DNA of 64,000 bases from Chloroflexota bacterium (GTDB lineage Bacteria; Chloroflexota; Anaerolineae; Aggregatilineales; UBA3940): positions 12,002 through 76,001 of the forward strand of contig JAZIGM010000048.1 of assembly GCA_036679085.1 (NCBI GenBank), read 5' to 3'. How positions within the stretch are numbered: position 1 is the first letter of the stretch; every line of letters starts with the position of its first letter. The notes under the pieces were generated by a model, which worked only from the letters and a program-made list of their open reading frames with translations, did no database searches and was not told where the DNA came from. Made by a program: the position numbers and the translations under genes. Shown in pieces: positions 17,933 to 27,742 of the stretch.

Positions 17933-19264
17933 CTACTCGCTCGCGCCCGTCATGCCTTCCAGGATCTGCGGTGCGTACCAGATCTGCGGATCGGTAGCAA
18001 CCTCGCCCGCAGGCACGTACTCGGTGCCATCCTGGAGGTTGATCGGGCCAGCCCAGACTTCGATCTCACCGGAGCCCAGGCCAGCGATGTACTCCTCGAC
18101 TGCCGCCAGCCACTCTTCATTGGCCTCAAGCGCAGGGCCATGGATCCAGCCCACCGGCGAACGATCGTGGTCGTTGATGTCCTCCCAGTAGGCTTCGTTC
18201 CACTCGAAGCGCTGCGTCCAGGTGCCGTCGATCACGGCCTGAGCCTCTTCGAGATAGTCCGGGCCCCAGTTGAAGTACGGCACACCCAGGCAGATGTCCG
18301 GGGCGTTGTCGCACGCGCCGACGTAGTCGTACGGGATGGCGAAGACGCGCTCGCCCTGGGCCGCACGCTGACCGGACACGTCAATCGCCTCGGTCGTGTC
18401 GATACCGCTCAGGATCACGTCGATGCCGCTGTCGATGAACTGGGTCACGACCTGCGTCGGGTCGAGCGTCACGCCGGGGATGTTGAACCAGAAGCCGATC
18501 CAGACGACCTCGAAGTACAGGTCAGCCGGATCCTCGCCACGGAAGTTCTCCCAGCAGTAGCGCGCGCCGAGATAGGCCGAGTTCGCCAGACGGCGGGTCT
18601 CATGGTTGATCAGGGGGCCGAGGTAGCCGATACGCCCCGTCTCGGTCGCCATTGCCGCCGCGCAGCCCGCGATGGCCTTCATGTCTTCCATGCGGCCAAA
18701 CACGTTGGTCAGGTTCGGCGGAGCCTCACCGGCGTCCTGGCCCTCTTCCCAGGCGTCGTCGCCCGAGGTCATCACGAAGGCCACGTCGGGGTGCTTCCGA
18801 GCAGCGGTGTTGGTGTCCTCCTCGAACTCGTCCGAGGTGGCGAAGATCAGCCGCGCGCCCTGGGCAACCATGTCGTCCACGACGCCTTCAACCGTCGCTT
18901 CCGGCTTGTCGGCGGGGTTCAGGCTCTCGAAGGCGATCATGCGCGCACCGGGGATGTGCTCCTCGATGTACAGACCACCCTCGTAGTGGGCCTGGCTGTA
19001 ACCCCGGTCATTGCGGGGGCCGACGAGGATCACGCCGAACACGAACTCCTCGTCCTCAGCCGCCGGTTCTTCGGCTGCGGGCTCCTCCTCCGCCGGCTCC
19101 TCAGCCGCGGGTTCCTCGGCTGCGGGCTCTTCCGCTGCAGGCTCTTCCGCCGCCGGTTCCTCGGCTGCCGGTTCCTGGGCGGGCGCAGCGGGCTGGCAGG
19201 CGACCATCAGGAGTGCCGCCATAGCAGCCAGCAGCAGTGCCAGTGCCATGCGCTTCCGGAACAT
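17933..19264 (-). CDS. BMP-family (PnrA/Med-like) ABC substrate-binding lipoprotein, probable purine nucleoside binding
   Basis: 443 aa. Signal peptide with LLMVAC lipobox, a PAAEE-repeat linker, then a BMP-like domain (GVILVGPRNDRGYSQAHYEG). Confidence 0.8.
   Translation of the reverse strand: MFRKRMALALLLAAMAALLMVACQPAAPAQEPAAEEPAAEEPAAEEPAAEEPAAEEPAEEEPAAEEPAAEDEEFVFGVILVGPRNDRGYSQAHYEGGLYIEEHIPGARMIAFESLNPADKPEATVEGVVDDMVAQGARLIFATSDEFEEDTNTAARKHPDVAFVMTSGDDAWEEGQDAGEAPPNLTNVFGRMEDMKAIAGCAAAMATETGRIGYLGPLINHETRRLANSAYLGARYCWENFRGEDPADLYFEVVWIGFWFNIPGVTLDPTQVVTQFIDSGIDVILSGIDTTEAIDVSGQRAAQGERVFAIPYDYVGACDNAPDICLGVPYFNWGPDYLEEAQAVIDGTWTQRFEWNEAYWEDINDHDRSPVGWIHGPALEANEEWLAAVEEYIAGLGSGEIEVWAGPINLQDGTEYVPAGEVATDPQIWYAPQILEGMTGASE
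19046..19174. repeat. 15-nt tandem repeat (~8 units) encoding (PAAEE)n linker
   Basis: Protein residues 31-73 read EPAAEEPAAEEPAAEEPAAEEPAAEEPAEEEPAAEEPAAEDEE. The DNA shows matching 15-nt periodicity. Confidence 0.85.
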
Positions 19265-19396
19265 AGTAGTGCTCCTTCCTCCTCATAGAGGGACTCAAAG
19301 AGTCTATTACTGGTAAGCCCCGGTGTGGTGCAGGTGAGGGCTTACAGGGAGGCCGATAGGCGGGTAATTCACGGACGCTACCGGCTTCCTTTATAA

Positions 19397-19425
19397 CAGG
19401 GAGGCAGCGGGCTGCCGCCTCCCTG
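19397..19425 (-). terminator. GC-rich hairpin just downstream of the carbamate kinase stop (no clear U-tract)
   Basis: cagggaggc..gcctccctg inverted repeat read directly, 13 nt after the arcC stop. May be a terminator or processing site before the ABC operon. Confidence 0.35.
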
Positions 19426-19437
19426 CCATAAACGGTG

Positions 19438-20391
19438 TTAGTCGTGCCTGATCCAAGTCCCGGTTTCGTTGGCGAGAGCACGGGCGAGGTTCTCGGGATT
19501 GGTGATGAGGGCTGCCTCGCCGCCGTTCTCCAGGAACTCGATTACCGCTTCTATTTTAGGCTTCATGCTCCCTTCGGCAAAGTGCCCCTCTGCGAGGTAC
19601 CGCTTTGCTTCGGAGACGGTCATGCTGTCAAGCCACTGCTGGTTGGGCGTGTTGAAGTGGATGGCCACCTTCTCGACCGCGGTCGTGATCACGAACAGGT
19701 CCGCGCCGAGTTCAGCCGCCAGCAACGACGAGCCCCGGTCCTTGTCGATCACGGCAAAGACGCCCTCAAGCTCGCCCTTGTCGTTCTCGATCACCGGGAT
19801 ACCGCCGCCGCCCACCGCGATCACGATGATGCCGTTCTCCAGCAGCGTGCGGATGGCGTCCGTCTCAACGATGCGGAGCGGCCTGGGCGATGCCACCACG
19901 CGGCGCAGCCCGCGCCCCGCATCTTCGATCACCGTCCACCCCTCGTTGCGGAAATACTCGGCCTGCTCCTCGCTGAGGTAGCCGCCGATTGGCTTGGTGG
20001 GGTTCGTGAAGCCCGGATCGTCCTTATCAACGATCGTCTGCGTCACGACGGCGGCGGTCGGCTTGACAATGCCGCGGCGCTTGAACTCGTTGTCCAGCGC
20101 CTGCGCCAGCATGTAGCCGATCGCGCCCTGCGTGTCCGCGCCGATCACGTCGAGCGGGACAGTGTGGACCTCGTGAGCAGCCAGCTCGGCGCGGCGCAGG
20201 ATGTAGCCCACCTGCGGGCCGTTGCCGTGCGTCACGACGATGTCGTATCCCTGCTCGATCATCGAAGCCAGGTGCTGCGCGGTCTCCCGGACCGCCTCGA
20301 ACTGGTACTTGACGGCGACCCGGTCTTTCGACTTGATCAGCGCGTTGCCGCCAACTGCGACTACGGCCAGCTTGCGCTTGTTCTCTGCCAT
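19438..20391 (-). CDS. arcC: Carbamate kinase (ArcC/YqeA-like)
   Basis: 317 aa. VVAVGGNAL..VVTHGNGPQVG is the carbamate kinase signature. Confidence 0.9.
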   Translation of the reverse strand: MAENKRKLAVVAVGGNALIKSKDRVAVKYQFEAVRETAQHLASMIEQGYDIVVTHGNGPQVGYILRRAELAAHEVHTVPLDVIGADTQGAIGYMLAQALDNEFKRRGIVKPTAAVVTQTIVDKDDPGFTNPTKPIGGYLSEEQAEYFRNEGWTVIEDAGRGLRRVVASPRPLRIVETDAIRTLLENGIIVIAVGGGGIPVIENDKGELEGVFAVIDKDRGSSLLAAELGADLFVITTAVEKVAIHFNTPNQQWLDSMTVSEAKRYLAEGHFAEGSMKPKIEAVIEFLENGGEAALITNPENLARALANETGTWIRHD

Positions 20392-20429
20392 ATCAGGTAT
20401 CGTCTATTCCTCGATAGCTCAGATGGCGA

Positions 20430-21413
20430 TTAGCGCATCGTCAGGGCCATGACGGCCTTCTGCACGTGCAGACGGTTCTCCGCCTGGTCATAGACGATGC
20501 TCTGTGGGCCTTCGAGCACGCCGGTCGTCACCTCGATGTCGCGGTCCGCCGGAAGCGGGTGCATGTAGTAGCCAGCCCCGTCACGGGTCAGGGCCATACG
20601 CCGCTCGTCGGCGATCCAGTCCGTGTACTTCTGGCTGATCCGAGCCGACTCTGCCTCGTCGGTCGTGGTCAGCATCGCGCCCCAGGACTTGGCGTACACC
20701 ACGTCTGCACCCTTGAAGCCCTCATCGAAGTCCTCGAGGATCTCGAAGCTGCCGCCGCTCTCGCGAGCGTTGAGCGCCGCCTGCTCCTCAATCTCGGGGA
20801 TCAGCTTGAATTCGGGCGGACGGGTCAGGCGGACGTTCATGCCGAAGCGCGTCGCCAGCAGGATCAGGCTCTGCGGCACGGACAGCGGCTTCTGGTAGCT
20901 CGACGCGTACGCGTACGAGACGTTGAGCACCTTGCCGCGCAGGTCACGCCCAAAGCGCTCGATCATGGTCATCAGGTCGGCAAGCGCCTGGAAGGGGTGG
21001 TAGTAGTCGCACTGCATGTTCAGCACCGGGACGCGGCTGTACTTCGCGACCTCGCGAAGATACTGGTTGCCCTCACCCCAGTCGCAGTGGCGGATAGCAA
21101 TACCATCGGCGTAGCGCCCGACGATCTCACCGATCTCCCTGCCGGTGTCGCCGTGGTGGATCTGCGTCGTCTTGCTGTCGATGAACATGGCATGCCCGCC
21201 GAGCTGGGCCATACCCGTCTCGAAGCTGGTGCGGGTGCGCGTGCTCGAGAAGAAGAACAGCAGCGCCAGCACCTTGTCGCGCAGCAGCGCGTGCGACTCG
21301 CCGAGTGCGCGGCGCCGCTTCAGGTCAAAGGCCACGTCCAGAACCGTCTCCAGCTCTTCCTTCGTCCATTCCTGGGTCGTGATCATGTCACGGCCAGCCA
21401 AGTACGTCTGCAT
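20430..21413 (-). CDS. ygeW: YgeW-like (knotted) carbamoyltransferase
   Basis: 327 aa. Has STRTR, NMQCDYYHPFQALADL, YQKPLSVPQS..TRFGMNV and GGSFEI..GADVVYAKSW blocks that parallel remembered E. coli YgeW. Shorter than YgeW at both ends. Confidence 0.8.
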   Translation of the reverse strand: MQTYLAGRDMITTQEWTKEELETVLDVAFDLKRRRALGESHALLRDKVLALLFFFSSTRTRTSFETGMAQLGGHAMFIDSKTTQIHHGDTGREIGEIVGRYADGIAIRHCDWGEGNQYLREVAKYSRVPVLNMQCDYYHPFQALADLMTMIERFGRDLRGKVLNVSYAYASSYQKPLSVPQSLILLATRFGMNVRLTRPPEFKLIPEIEEQAALNARESGGSFEILEDFDEGFKGADVVYAKSWGAMLTTTDEAESARISQKYTDWIADERRMALTRDGAGYYMHPLPADRDIEVTTGVLEGPQSIVYDQAENRLHVQKAVMALTMR

Positions 21414-21490
21414 AGTCGCTCAGATCTCCTTCAATTTTAGATTTTGAAAACTCGACACAAGTACGGTTAGCGCAGGTCGCCCCATGAGGG

Positions 21491-21559
21491 GAGCGAGCCC
21501 ACAGATAACACCGACTGCACCGGTGAATACCCGTGTCATCTGTGAAACCGGTGGGCTCA
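21491..21559. repeat. Nested inverted repeats with 9-nt CAC periodicity in the ygeY/ygeW-like intergenic region
   Basis: Outer helix is gagcccac..gtgggctc and inner helix is cacagat..atctgtg. Units cacagataa/caccgactg/caccggtga were read directly. Confidence 0.6.
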
Positions 21560-21609
21560 GGCGTCCCCTCTAGAGCAACTGCGTCATTCCCTGATTAATC
21601 GATAACGGG

Positions 21610-22812
21610 CTATTTCTTCGGCAGGAACGCCGGAAGCAGCGCGTACCACTCGGTGGCGCGCACCACGTCATCCAGCGGAACCTGATCCAGCACGGAGTGG
21701 GCGTAGATCTCATCGCCCGGGCCAAAGCCGATGCTCGGGATGCCGGCCTTGCCCATCCAGAAGCAGCCGTTTGTCGAGAAGTCCCACTTGCCGGTCGGCA
21801 GAGGCTCGCCCCACAGGGCCGCGCCCGCCTGCACGCCCGCCTGCACGTAGGGATCGTCCTCCGGCAGCAGCCATGCCGGGTAATACTTCTCCAGCGGGAA
21901 GACGAACCCGGTGTAGCTCGGCGTATCGTAGATCAGGATCTCGGCGGTAATATCATCGCGGTCACCGATGATCCGCTGGATGCGCTCAAGCTCGGCCTTG
22001 TAGTCCTCGCCGTAGGTCAGGCGACGGTCGATGTAGATCGTCGCCTCGTCGGGCACGGCGTTGATGCTGGGCGTCTGCACTTCCATGTCCGTCACCGTGA
22101 TGCGGCCAGGGCCCAGGAACTCGTGGTCGCCCAGCTCCGGTTCCAGCTTGCTGATCGCGTCGATGATCGGCACGAGCTTGTAGATCGCGTTGTCGCCCAG
22201 GTAGTTGCTGGCCGCGTGCGCGCTCTTGCCCTTCGCCACGACCTTCATCTCAACCCGGCCCTTGTGGCCACGGTAGACCTGCATCTTGGTCGGCTCGCCG
22301 ATCACGACGAAGTCCGGCCTGAGGCCCTCGTGCTCGACCAGCGCGTGCGGGGCGATACCGTCGTTCCACTCCTCCATGTTGCCGAAGTAGTAGCCGGTGA
22401 TGCCTTCCAGCAGGCCAAGCTCCTTGGCGAGTGCCAGCCCGTAGACCATGCCCGGCGTGCTGCCCTTCTCGTCGCAGGCACCGCGCGCGTAGAGAATACC
22501 GTTCTCAACCTTGCCCTCGAACGGGTCCCACTCCCACTCATCCGGGTCGCCGATGCCGACGGTGTCGATGTGGCTGTCATACAGCAGCTTGGTCGGGCCA
22601 TCGCCGATGCGCCCGACGACGTTGCCCATCGAGTCCCACCAGACTTCGTCGAAGCCCAGCTTCTTCATTTCGGCTTCAATGCGCTCGCCGACCTCGCGAA
22701 TCTCGCTCTCCATGCTGGGGATCGCCACGATCTCGCGCATGAACTGGATGATGTCCTCGCGCTGCTCCGCTACCCGGCTCTTGATCTTGTCGATGATGGA
22801 TTGGTCAACCAT
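21610..22812 (-). CDS. ygeY: YgeY-family M20 peptidase/deacylase (selenium-metabolism-associated hydrolase family)
   Basis: 400 aa. IPSMESEIREVG..LYDSHIDTVG..YARGACDEKG are M20 metal-site motifs in the YgeY arrangement. Confidence 0.85.
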   Translation of the reverse strand: MVDQSIIDKIKSRVAEQREDIIQFMREIVAIPSMESEIREVGERIEAEMKKLGFDEVWWDSMGNVVGRIGDGPTKLLYDSHIDTVGIGDPDEWEWDPFEGKVENGILYARGACDEKGSTPGMVYGLALAKELGLLEGITGYYFGNMEEWNDGIAPHALVEHEGLRPDFVVIGEPTKMQVYRGHKGRVEMKVVAKGKSAHAASNYLGDNAIYKLVPIIDAISKLEPELGDHEFLGPGRITVTDMEVQTPSINAVPDEATIYIDRRLTYGEDYKAELERIQRIIGDRDDITAEILIYDTPSYTGFVFPLEKYYPAWLLPEDDPYVQAGVQAGAALWGEPLPTGKWDFSTNGCFWMGKAGIPSIGFGPGDEIYAHSVLDQVPLDDVVRATEWYALLPAFLPKK

Positions 22813-22889
22813 GTCTCTGCTTTTACTCCTGTTGGTATTGTTGTCTAGGGAGAGAACGTTATCCGAGTTTTTGCAATAAGCACATCACC

Positions 22890-24599
22890 TCAACCGACAA
22901 AGAGATCGACTTGCTCAAATGTCTCCACATCCACCAACCCTTGATCGGTCAGCTTCAGGGAGGGGATAACTTCCAGAGCCATGAAGCTCATAGCCATGTA
23001 CGGATCATGCAGCGGGGACCCCAGCTCTCTGGCCGCGTTGAGCAAATTATCCATCCCTGCCCGTACTTCGCCAATCGGCGCCTCGCTCATGAGGCCCGCG
23101 ACTGGCAGCGGCAGCGCTGCGAGCACCTGCGTGCCATCAACAGCGACCAGCCCACCCCCGATCCGCGCCACTTCGCGCGCAGCCGTCATCATACTCTCGT
23201 CGTCTGCACCGATGACGACCAGGTTGTGGTGGTCATGCGCGACCGTCCCGGCGATCGCGCCGCGTTTCAGGCCGATCCCCTGGATAAAACCCTTGCCGAT
23301 GTTGCCCGTCGCGCGGTGCCGCTCGATGACAGCCATCTTGAGGATGTCCCGCTCAACGTCGGCAACCGCACAGCCATCCACCTGCTTCACGTCGAGAATG
23401 CGGTGCTCGGTCACGAGTTGATCCGGGATGCTGCCGATCACCCGCGCCCGCGTGCCGTTCGCCGGGATGGTGAAGTCGACCGCGTCCCAGTCGATGTTCA
23501 TCGTGTTGCGAAGCTGGATCGGGCGGCGAACCTCCTCCAGGGGAAGCATCTTGCCGTTTTCAGCGACCCTGTACCCGCCCCGGTATACGATCTCCGGAAC
23601 CGGGTTGTACAGGTCGGAGAAGATGAACAGGTCCGCCCGGCGGCCTATCGTAATCGCGCCCCGATCGTGCAGGCCGAAGTACCGCGCCGTGTTGATCGTG
23701 CCCATCTGGATGGCGCGCACCGGGTCGATGCCGTGCTGGATAGCCACACGCACCATGTAGTCAATCGAGCCCTGGTCGAGCAGGTCGGCGGGCTGGCGGT
23801 CGTCGGTGCAGAAGCAGATGTGGTGGCTGTTCTCCGGCGTGACGAGCGGCAGCAGCGCCTCCAGGTTGCGCGCGTTGGTCGCCTCGCGGATGAAGATCGT
23901 CATACCGAGGCGCAGCTTTTCCCGCGCCTCCTCGACGGTCGTACACTCGTGGTCGGAGCGCACGCCTGCCGCCACATAAGCGTTGAGCGCCTTACCCGTC
24001 AGGCCGGGGGCGTGCCCGTCGATCACGGAGCCTTCAAACGCCTCCAGCTTGTCTAGCACCAGCTTGTCGCCCATGATGACGCCGGGGTAATTCATCACCT
24101 CGGCCAGGCCAATCACCCAGTCGTTGTTCAGCAGATGCCGGATATCGTCCGCTTCCAGGTTGGCCCCGGCGGTCGCCATGTGTGTGGAGGGCACACAGGA
24201 GGAGGCCATCACATACATGCTGAGCGAGCCGTATTTGGCCTGCTCCAGCATAAAGCTGATGCCCTCCAGCCCGAGCACGTTGGCGATCTCGTGCGGGTCA
24301 GTCACAACCGACGTGACCCCGCGCGGCAGAACGGCCTTCGCGAACTCGCGGGGGGTGCACATCGAGCTTTCAATATGGACGTGCGCGTCGATGTAGCCCG
24401 GCGCGACGTACTTGCCATCTAGGTCGATAACCTGCTCCGCCTCGTACCCGTCGCCCAGCCCGACAATCCGCGAGCGGCGGATGGCAATGTCGGTGAGGTA
24501 CACCTCGCCGGTGAACACGTTCACCAGATTCGCGTTCTTGAGCAGCACGGCTGCCGGCTTGTCGCCCCGCGCAATCCGGATGAGCTTTTCGCGTTCCAT
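22890..24599 (-). CDS. ade: Adenine deaminase
   Basis: 569 aa. APGYIDAHVHIESSM..VVTDPHEIANV is the Ade signature. Confidence 0.9.
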   Translation of the reverse strand: MEREKLIRIARGDKPAAVLLKNANLVNVFTGEVYLTDIAIRRSRIVGLGDGYEAEQVIDLDGKYVAPGYIDAHVHIESSMCTPREFAKAVLPRGVTSVVTDPHEIANVLGLEGISFMLEQAKYGSLSMYVMASSCVPSTHMATAGANLEADDIRHLLNNDWVIGLAEVMNYPGVIMGDKLVLDKLEAFEGSVIDGHAPGLTGKALNAYVAAGVRSDHECTTVEEAREKLRLGMTIFIREATNARNLEALLPLVTPENSHHICFCTDDRQPADLLDQGSIDYMVRVAIQHGIDPVRAIQMGTINTARYFGLHDRGAITIGRRADLFIFSDLYNPVPEIVYRGGYRVAENGKMLPLEEVRRPIQLRNTMNIDWDAVDFTIPANGTRARVIGSIPDQLVTEHRILDVKQVDGCAVADVERDILKMAVIERHRATGNIGKGFIQGIGLKRGAIAGTVAHDHHNLVVIGADDESMMTAAREVARIGGGLVAVDGTQVLAALPLPVAGLMSEAPIGEVRAGMDNLLNAARELGSPLHDPYMAMSFMALEVIPSLKLTDQGLVDVETFEQVDLFVG

Positions 24600-24608
24600 G
24601 GTCGCTTC

Positions 24609-25994
24609 CTATTCCCTCATTGAGCCAGGCTCAAACGGAGCGCCGGGGATGAACTGCCCGCGCCCGGTTTCGGCGGTGATTTCACCGCCCTGGTACACAA
24701 TCTCGCCGCGCGAGATCGTCGTATGGACCTCGCCCTTGACCCTGAAGCCCTCGTACGGGCTGTACCCGGCGAGGTAGTGCAGGTCCTCATGCCGGATTGT
24801 CTTTTCGACGGACGGGTCGTAGAGCACGATGTCGGCGTCGCTACCCTCGCGCAGGAAGCCCTTGCGCGGCGCGATGCCGAACAGCCGGGCGGGGGTCTCG
24901 CACATCATCCGCACCATGTCGGTCAGCTCGATGCGCCCGCCGTCCACGCCGTAGGTGTACATCAGCGGGAGCAGCGTCTCGATGCCCGGCAGGCCGCCCG
25001 GCGTCTGGGTGAAGGTCTCGTACTCCTCCTTCTGCTGGATGGTGTAATCGCAGCTATCGGTCGAGATCACATCGACCGCGCCCCGGCTGACAAGCTCCCA
25101 CAGCTTTTCCGGCTCGCCGACGCCCCGGATGGGCGGCTGCAGGATGTAGTGCTGCGGTTTTTCGCCCTCGTAGACGCGGTCGTCAAGCAGCAGGTACTGC
25201 GGGCACGTCTCGCACCAGGCCGCGACGCCCCTGCCCACAGCCTCCCGCACCAGTTCAACGCTGCGCGCCGTCGAGCAGTGGACGATATACACCGGCGCAT
25301 CCGCCGCTTCGGCGAGGAACAGCACGCGGTGGATCGCCTCCTGCTCCGCGATAGCGGGCCGCGCCATCGCGTGGTAGCGCCACGCCGTGCGCCCCGAGCG
25401 GACAAGCTGCTCGGTCTCCTCGGTGACGATGGCGTCGTTCTCGGCATGCACAACGACAAGCCCGCCGATCCGGGCGGACTGTTTCAGCAGGCGCAGCAGC
25501 GTCGCATCGTCCATGTAGTAGTTCGGGCGGTAGGTCGTGTAGACCTTGAAGCTCGGAACGCCCAGCTCGACGAGGGTCTCAAGCTCAGGCTCCCGCCCTG
25601 GAGGGAACTCCGTGATCATGCAGTGGAGGGCGTAATCGACAACGGCCACGCTCGCCTCGTCCTTGCGGTTGGCGATGGCCTCCTCGAAGGTCTCGCCGGG
25701 GAACTGCGTGGCGAAGTCAATCACGGTCGTTACGCCACCGGCGGCGGCGGTGCGCGTGCCGATCAGCCAGTCGTCAGCGGTCTGGTAGATGCCCGTATTA
25801 AGCTGGATGTGCGTGTGTGCATCGATGATGCCCGGCAGCACCAGCAGCCCGGAGGCGTCGATCACCCGGTCATTCGGCCCGGGTTGGATGGAGTCGGCGA
25901 CCTCGGAGATAGTCTGGTCCTCGAATGCGACATCGGCCTGCCATACCTTCTCGGCGCTGACGACCGTGCCGCTCTTGATGATGGTCCGTGTCAT
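24609..25994 (-). CDS. hyuA: D-hydantoinase/dihydropyrimidinase family cyclic amidohydrolase (HyuA/YgeZ-like)
   Basis: 461 aa. LPGIIDAHTHIQL..AAAGGVTTVIDF. Confidence 0.8.
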   Translation of the reverse strand: MTRTIIKSGTVVSAEKVWQADVAFEDQTISEVADSIQPGPNDRVIDASGLLVLPGIIDAHTHIQLNTGIYQTADDWLIGTRTAAAGGVTTVIDFATQFPGETFEEAIANRKDEASVAVVDYALHCMITEFPPGREPELETLVELGVPSFKVYTTYRPNYYMDDATLLRLLKQSARIGGLVVVHAENDAIVTEETEQLVRSGRTAWRYHAMARPAIAEQEAIHRVLFLAEAADAPVYIVHCSTARSVELVREAVGRGVAAWCETCPQYLLLDDRVYEGEKPQHYILQPPIRGVGEPEKLWELVSRGAVDVISTDSCDYTIQQKEEYETFTQTPGGLPGIETLLPLMYTYGVDGGRIELTDMVRMMCETPARLFGIAPRKGFLREGSDADIVLYDPSVEKTIRHEDLHYLAGYSPYEGFRVKGEVHTTISRGEIVYQGGEITAETGRGQFIPGAPFEPGSMRE

Positions 25995-26016
25995 GTGGTG
26001 CGCTTCTCCGGTGTGG

Positions 26017-27384
26017 CTACTTGCTCTGAGGGATAGGCTCCTTGTTGATCAGCGCGCGCGAGATCTGGTTGTGACGCTCGATTACCGGCCCGAGGTCGAT
26101 GGTCGTTAGCTGGCCTTCCTTGACCACCACGCGCCCGTTAATCATCGAGAAATCGACGCCGAGCGGCGCACAGAGCACCGTCGCCGCGACGGGGTCGTGT
26201 AGCGCGCCCGCGTACTCAACGCGGTTCAGGTCGATGGCGATCAGGTCCGCCGACATGCCCGGCGCCAGCGCGCCGATGTCGTCACGGCGCAGCACGCTCG
26301 CGCCGCCCAGTGTCGCCATCTCAAGGGCCTGACGGGCGCTGAACACCTCCGGCCCGTGCTGCACGCGCTGGAGCAGCATCGCCTGCCGCGCCTCGCCGAG
26401 CATGTGCCCGCCATCGTTGCTGGCGGAGCCATCCACACCGAGGCCCACGCGCACGCCATGCGCGCGGTACGCCAGGATCGGCGCGACGCCGGAGCCGAGG
26501 CGCATGTTGCTGTTCGGGCAGTGCGCCACGCCGGTGTCCGTCTCGGCGAACAGCTTGACTTCCTCGTCGTTTACAAAGACCGAGTGCGCGTGCCACACGT
26601 GATCGCCCATCCAGCCCAGGTCCTGCATGTACTCGACGGGCCGCCGCCCGAACGTCTCCAGGCAGAACTGCTCCTCATCGAGCGTTTCGGCGAGGTGGGT
26701 GTGCAGCAGCACGTCGTACTCCTGCGCCATCTTAACCGACTCGCGCATCAAATCCGGCGTGACGGAGAACGGCGAGCACGGCGCAAGCACGATGCGCAGC
26801 ATCGAGTGCCGCGAGGGATCGTGGTACGTCTCGATAGCGCGCTGGCTGTCCCGCAGAATGTCTTCCTCTTTCTCGACCACGCTGTCGGGCGGCAGCCCAC
26901 CCTGCGACTCGCCCAGGCTCATCGAGCCGCGCGCCGCATGGAAGCGCATCCCGATCTCCTGCGCCGCGCGGATCTCGTCGTCGATGCGGGCGTCGTTCGG
27001 GTAGATGTACAGGTGGTCGCTCGATGTGGTGCAGCCGCTGAGGATCAGTTCGGCCATCGCCGTGAGCGCGGAGATGTACACCGCCTCACTCGTCAGCCCT
27101 GCCCAGATGGGGTACAGGGTTTTCAGCCAGTTAAACAGGTTGGAGTCCTGCGCCATCGCCCGCGTGAGGGTCTGGTACATGTGGTGGTGGGTGTTGACCA
27201 TCCCCGGCATGACGATGTGGCCGCTCAGGTCGATGATCTCGTCCGCTTCCGACGGCAGTTCGCTCGTCGGCCCGACCTGCTCGATGACGTTGTCTCGGAT
27301 GAACACCCCGCCGTCGGAGATTTCGCGGCGGTCGCGGTCCATGGTGACCAGCGTGTGCGCGTGGCGCACAAGGACGGTGCCCAT
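26017..27384 (-). CDS. Amidohydrolase of the guanine/8-oxoguanine deaminase-chlorohydrolase subgroup
   Basis: 455 aa. MPGMVNTHHHMYQTLTR..CTTSSDH..HLAET motifs. Confidence 0.75.
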   Translation of the reverse strand: MGTVLVRHAHTLVTMDRDRREISDGGVFIRDNVIEQVGPTSELPSEADEIIDLSGHIVMPGMVNTHHHMYQTLTRAMAQDSNLFNWLKTLYPIWAGLTSEAVYISALTAMAELILSGCTTSSDHLYIYPNDARIDDEIRAAQEIGMRFHAARGSMSLGESQGGLPPDSVVEKEEDILRDSQRAIETYHDPSRHSMLRIVLAPCSPFSVTPDLMRESVKMAQEYDVLLHTHLAETLDEEQFCLETFGRRPVEYMQDLGWMGDHVWHAHSVFVNDEEVKLFAETDTGVAHCPNSNMRLGSGVAPILAYRAHGVRVGLGVDGSASNDGGHMLGEARQAMLLQRVQHGPEVFSARQALEMATLGGASVLRRDDIGALAPGMSADLIAIDLNRVEYAGALHDPVAATVLCAPLGVDFSMINGRVVVKEGQLTTIDLGPVIERHNQISRALINKEPIPQSK

Positions 27385-27678
27385 TAGCAGCAGCTCCTTG
27401 CAGACTGTTGGGGGTGATGAGTTGGCTCTAAGCGACTCAATGTGACCTGCGAGCCGTGTCCGCGTGGCTCGCGGTTGTGGTTCCGGTCTGCCTCAAAAAA
27501 AGGTGCCTCAAAGGGCAGGGAAAGCCCCCTGCTCATATCTGATAGGTCCTCTTCAGGTATCCGGGGAATGAAGCAGGATGCCCGGCTAGATGCTCTAGGC
27601 TCGCTATTGGCTCTATGTTACCCGCCGTTGCCAGAAGTGCAAACTTATGTCAGGTGTTCCACCATGTCATTTGTCTCA

Positions 27679-27722
27679 GCCCTCCCCCGGCAGTGCCCCA
27701 GTGAGATTGCCAGGGGGAGGGC
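27679..27722. repeat. Long GC-tract hairpin (gccctcccccggca / tgccagggggagggc) 20 nt downstream of the folD stop
   Basis: Inverted repeat read directly. No U-tract follows on the minus strand. Confidence 0.6.
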
Positions 27723-27742
27723 CGTTACATGGTCTGGCTGTG

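Noticed and set aside
19265-19437. Purine, ZTP, THF or other riboswitches in the leaders at 19265-19437, 21414-21609, 27385-27742 and 28652-28866
   Set aside because: I compared these by eye with the consensus cores I remember (purine J2-3/P3, the ZTP CCGCCUGGGC element, THF). No convincing match was found. Only an Rfam covariance search could settle this.
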